Shown piece by piece: positions 60,116 through 64,000 of a stretch of 64,000 bases of DNA (position 1 is its first letter; each line of letters begins with the position of its first letter). A program made the position numbers and the translations under genes. Location: the IMG/VR virus record IMGVR_UViG_3300050016_000047, positions 32,443 through 96,442 of that record. The stretch is one strand, 5' to 3'. The notes under the pieces are model-generated. The model did not search any database. It was not told the DNA's origin and was given only the letters and a program-made list of their open reading frames with translations. The stretch comes from a virus.

Positions 60116-60729
60116 ATTCTAAGCATTATTTCTTTGGTCTGAATAATTGCTGGTAGAGTGTTTTGAATCGGCGGGTCCAGATGCCGGGCTACATAAAATG
60201 CCGACTCTACTTCGTCTTTTTCCGATTCACTTAAATAACACGCTCCGAAGCTAAAATAGTTACCACCGTCAGAAGGATGCTTGTCGCCGAACGCGGCTTT
60301 TTTAAACTCGTCAATAGTAACTTCTGGGTCAATTGCTTTAGCTACCAGTTCCTTGCTTACCGTTCCGTCTTGGCTTACCAGTTTCTTTAGTTCTATCGCT
60401 TTGCCGATTCCCATGCCAATAAGGTCTTTTTGGCTGACGATTGGAAGCAAATACTCGGCTACTGAAATATACTGGTAAAGCTGGGTGCGGCCTTTACCGT
60501 ATTTTGTCCGCAGGCTTTCAATATACGTGCTAAACTTGTCGAATCCCCACAGAATCCAGTACTGTTCGTTTTGTACTTTACTGAGCAATACGCCGATTTC
60601 TACTAGGTTGCCGGACAAGAGTTCTTCTTTGTTTTTAATGCTGTCAAGAACAGCGTTTATTTTGATGTTTAAACTTCCTGCTTTATCGCGGTCTTCGTCA
60701 GACCACTTCATTATTTTAGTTTCAGTCAT
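60067..60729 (-). CDS. putative DNA-binding protein (DUF3102-like)
   Basis: EIG..L..V...W...F..Y helical pattern, GIGKA. Confidence 0.45.
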   Translation of the reverse strand: MTETKIMKWSDEDRDKAGSLNIKINAVLDSIKNKEELLSGNLVEIGVLLSKVQNEQYWILWGFDKFSTYIESLRTKYGKGRTQLYQYISVAEYLLPIVSQKDLIGMGIGKAIELKKLVSQDGTVSKELVAKAIDPEVTIDEFKKAAFGDKHPSDGGNYFSFGACYLSESEKDEVESAFYVARHLDPPIQNTLPAIIQTKEIMLRICREFYGTYASQVGTG

Positions 60730-61845
60730 TCCGGAAACACCTTTTCAATAATACGTTTAAGTAATTTTTTACCGTCTTGATATTGGTCACCGTTGTAGGT
60801 ATTATTATAAAGAGCATCCAAATCTTTTAGAAGTTTTTCTCGTTCGGTTGGGGATTTTTCTACACTTACTATGGTACCAATAAAATTACAAACGCCCCCA
60901 TTTGGTTTGACTATAACTTCCCCAATTCCTCCACTAAAATTTGGCACTTCTACAGTGATTTTCACCTATGTCTCCTTCCAGATTCGGCATCTAACCTAAT
61001 CATACACTCCAAGCACCAACACCTGCTACCATCCCAACTAACCCCCTTTTGGCACCATTGACGAGGTTTTGGCGCATCTAAGTTAATTCCTTTTACTTCT
61101 GCGTACTTTTTTAGACGCCGCCACTCGCCGTTAGGTTGCACACGATACTGGCGGTCGCTCGCCTGAATAACGGTTCCCGGCGGATGGAACGGGGTCCACT
61201 GTACTGCTGGTGTTTCTTCCATAATTTAGTATACCACACTTTCGTCCGTTTTGCGGATTATACATTTGTCTTCAAATTCCTTTATTCTCTGTTGAGCTTC
61301 ACAGAGTAAGCTCGCTAGTTCAATTTGCCCTTGTCCCAAACTATCGAGAGTACATTCAGGAGAACAAGAGCAAGCTGATTCCGGGAACAATTCAATTTGT
61401 TTTGTGTTTTCGCAATAATGAACACTGGACCCAGACCAATCTTGGACATGCGTTCTAGTCGGGTAAGCGGAGTCTTGTCTTTGCGGACACGATTCTTTAT
61501 GGCAGGGATGGTCCCGCCAATCGTTGCAAAATGGTTCGTGGCAATAGTGGATTTTCATTGTTTATCTCCTCGTTCTACGTTGAATTGGATTAGCTCGACC
61601 GCGCCTTCTTTAATCGCGTCACGGGACTGCAAATGACACGTTCCAATTTGAATCCAATCACCAGTAGCTTTCAGTTTGGCCTTAACTTTGAAGCATGAAT
61701 TGTCGGCGTCAAGCTGGAATCTAAATTTCATGTGTGTCGTCTCCATGCCCATATAGTAGATTACTCCCTCACGGATGTCAAGAGTTATTTTCGGGAGTTA
61801 AGTATATAGTTCCCATAAATAAACACCCCACTAGAATAAACCATT

Positions 61846-63720
61846 TCATACTTCTGCTGCCTTTCCGTAAGGCTCTTGTATATTCGTTTCTTCCACGAAA
61901 CTCGCGTACTCACCTATGAATTTTAAAACTGTAAATGTATTTCCTTCACCTTTAAACCGCGCACCGTGTAAATGAATTTCAGTTTTGGTATCGTAGTCGT
62001 CTTTCGGCGGATTCAATGGGTCCAAACACCTCACGTTGTCTCGGTGAATACTATAAATCGCCGAGGCGTCAGAGCCGCCAGTCTCAGAACCTTTCCAATC
62101 CGATACGTGAACAGCTTTGCCTTTGTTCTGCTGGTTTGTTTTTCTCGGCTGGCCGACTACAATAAATTTAAGTCCGTACTTTACAGACATGTTTTTAATT
62201 CGTTGGAACGCGTCTTCTTGCGCCTTCACCGTGTCTTTCTCGTTTCGGATGATAAAGTGGATGTGGTCTAATACTACCACGGTTGCCCCTAGGCGTTGAA
62301 CCGCCGCTTCGATTAAATCAAGTACCGGAGTCACGGTTGTAAGTGTCGGGTCGTAGCCGATATAGTATTTAATCCCGCCTAGTTGTTTCGCAGCTAGAAC
62401 ATGGTCTGCTTTGACTAAGTGATTTCGGTCTTTACGCAAAACGTGACTGGTTACAATCGTAGAAAATTCATCTGTACTTAGTTCGCACGAATAATTCAAT
62501 ACAACTTCGTTGTGGTTTCTGGCTCCAAATAAAGTCGCATTCATTACCCATGCAGTTTTGCCCTGTTTGGTTTGCGTTGCGAAAATACTCGCCACAGAGC
62601 CGGGTAGCAGAATCGCCATCTTGTCCACACTCGGCCAAGGGAAGCGAAAGCGTTTTGGATGGTCTGCTAGATTGGTTTGACTGGCCGACTGCATACTTTC
62701 AGTCAAACTATAAATATTTGGCATTGGCGCGGACTTAGCAATACTGGTTAAGTCGGCGACTAGGGTTTTAAACGTCTCTAAGTCTTTCCCGCAGTCTGTT
62801 ACGAAGACTTCGTTGGCGTCTTTAAATCCAATCGGCCAATTCAAAAGATAAGTCCGGTCTAATTGTGCCCACAGTTTACGCATGGCTTCCGTACCGGGAG
62901 AATCGGAATCCCCGGCGAGAATCACACACTCAGCTTCCATTAGTTTGTCTTTCATTTCCGGCGTGACTTCAATATTCGCGGAGGGTAAACTTACGGCGTT
63001 GTATCCAGCTTGCGTTAATACAGCGGCGTCAAATTCACCCTCGCACAAATAAACTGGAGAGAAAGGGTCTATGCTGTCCGTGTTGAACAAAGAGGTTTGC
63101 ATTCCGGGCTGACGTATAAAAACTTTGTCAACAATTGATCTATATTTAAGACAAACAACTCTTCCATCGGCAATGCAAGGTAACGCGAGCCATCCTTTGT
63201 CCGCAAGGTGATTGTTTTTCTCTCCGGCCAAATTTCCAAGATTACTAACGAACCCAAACTTGAGATTTCTTGCGGTGTCAAGATTTATTCCTCTTTTCGT
63301 TAAATATGTTAAAGCTTCTTTCGAGTTAGCGAGATTCTGTTCTAACGGGTAGTACTGTTCCATTGTAAAAGTTTTGTAATGGTCTGATTCTTTGTTTACA
63401 GGACTAAAAGTTTTTTCTACTAGAGCTTTCTTACTTTCCCACGAACCGCCAATATATTCTTTCACTCGGCGGACGGCTTCGCCGAACGGAACTTTGTCCA
63501 CAGCTTCTACAAACTGAAAAATATTTCCAGAACGATTGCATCCGAAGCATTTAAAAAGCCAAACTCCTTCATGCTGATAAACTCTTAAACTGGGAGTTTT
63601 CTCGTTATGAATTGGACACAACCCAAGATATTCTTTACCTTCTTTCGAAAGTTTGATGTGATCTTGGTATATCCGCAAAACGGACGGAGATTGTTTTATG
63701 GCTTCAAGATTTTCAGTCAT
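61846..63720 (-). CDS. bifunctional primase-helicase
   Basis: CPIHNEKTPS/CFGC CHC2 finger, CEGEFDA/DSDSPG Toprim, GKT/VLDHIH SF4 helicase. Confidence 0.92.
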   Translation of the reverse strand: MTENLEAIKQSPSVLRIYQDHIKLSKEGKEYLGLCPIHNEKTPSLRVYQHEGVWLFKCFGCNRSGNIFQFVEAVDKVPFGEAVRRVKEYIGGSWESKKALVEKTFSPVNKESDHYKTFTMEQYYPLEQNLANSKEALTYLTKRGINLDTARNLKFGFVSNLGNLAGEKNNHLADKGWLALPCIADGRVVCLKYRSIVDKVFIRQPGMQTSLFNTDSIDPFSPVYLCEGEFDAAVLTQAGYNAVSLPSANIEVTPEMKDKLMEAECVILAGDSDSPGTEAMRKLWAQLDRTYLLNWPIGFKDANEVFVTDCGKDLETFKTLVADLTSIAKSAPMPNIYSLTESMQSASQTNLADHPKRFRFPWPSVDKMAILLPGSVASIFATQTKQGKTAWVMNATLFGARNHNEVVLNYSCELSTDEFSTIVTSHVLRKDRNHLVKADHVLAAKQLGGIKYYIGYDPTLTTVTPVLDLIEAAVQRLGATVVVLDHIHFIIRNEKDTVKAQEDAFQRIKNMSVKYGLKFIVVGQPRKTNQQNKGKAVHVSDWKGSETGGSDASAIYSIHRDNVRCLDPLNPPKDDYDTKTEIHLHGARFKGEGNTFTVLKFIGEYASFVEETNIQEPYGKAAEV

Positions 63721-64000
63721 TCCGGCAAATTATCCTCTTCAGGTAGTATACCATCTTCTTCAGAAAAGTCAATACCGTCTGATCTTAAATCGTCGTACTC
63801 GTCATCTGAAATAAGACCTTCGTCTAAAGCACACTCAAGACAATAGTAATAATCCACATCGCCGACTGAGAAGCATTCCCCCGTTCCGTCACATCCTATC
63901 GTAGAACATATATAAGCCATTTTAAACCCTCCTGAATTAGTTAAAGCTTTACTTGAGATAATATCTCACTTGAGAATCCGTTCTAAGCGATTTTACCTTC

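Larger units (their letters stand above)
501..63685. repeat. dispersed palindromic motif RTCCG-N5-CGGAY, 20 exact copies
   Basis: Starts at 501, 2687, 11627, 17376, 19292, 20036, 23516, 27192, 29930, 33660, 38370, 45788, 47422, 49930, 51431, 54672, 56149, 58460, 61244, 63671. Confidence 0.9.

Noticed and set aside
1-64000. Alternative genetic code (stop-codon reassignment)
   Set aside because: Genes are intact under code 11, and TAA, TAG and TGA all end coupled genes. The capsid interruption is explained by introns.

Overview
This 64-kb window is part of a large tailed dsDNA phage genome with podovirus-like architecture. The host is probably Acidobacteriota, judged from host-like accessory genes recognised from memory. 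The + strand (1-50.3 kb) carries five tRNAs, a papain-peptidase/lipoprotein/holin-like block, signal-peptide-bearing fibre/beta-helix proteins, terminase, portal, scaffold, major capsid, tail adaptor/nozzle and ejection proteins. The - strand (50.3-64 kb) carries RecA, primase-helicase, a sigma factor, ClpP-like and AAA proteins, nucleotide hydrolases and a cell-wall hydrolase. Three signals stand out. (1) The major capsid gene is split into five exons by four group I-type insertions. Three are complete ribozymes, two with homing endonucleases. The first is a 47-nt element with a perfect internal guide sequence (P1+P10) and terminal G but no catalytic core, a candidate non-autonomous mini-intron. 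(2) The palindrome RTCCG-N5-CGGAY (consensus GTCCGCAAAACGGAC) tiles the window about every 3 kb (20 exact copies by eye), mostly inside genes and even inside the introns. (3) A strongly paired pseudoknotted intergenic RNA lies at 5688-5807. All calls come from reading the sequence; no searches were run.
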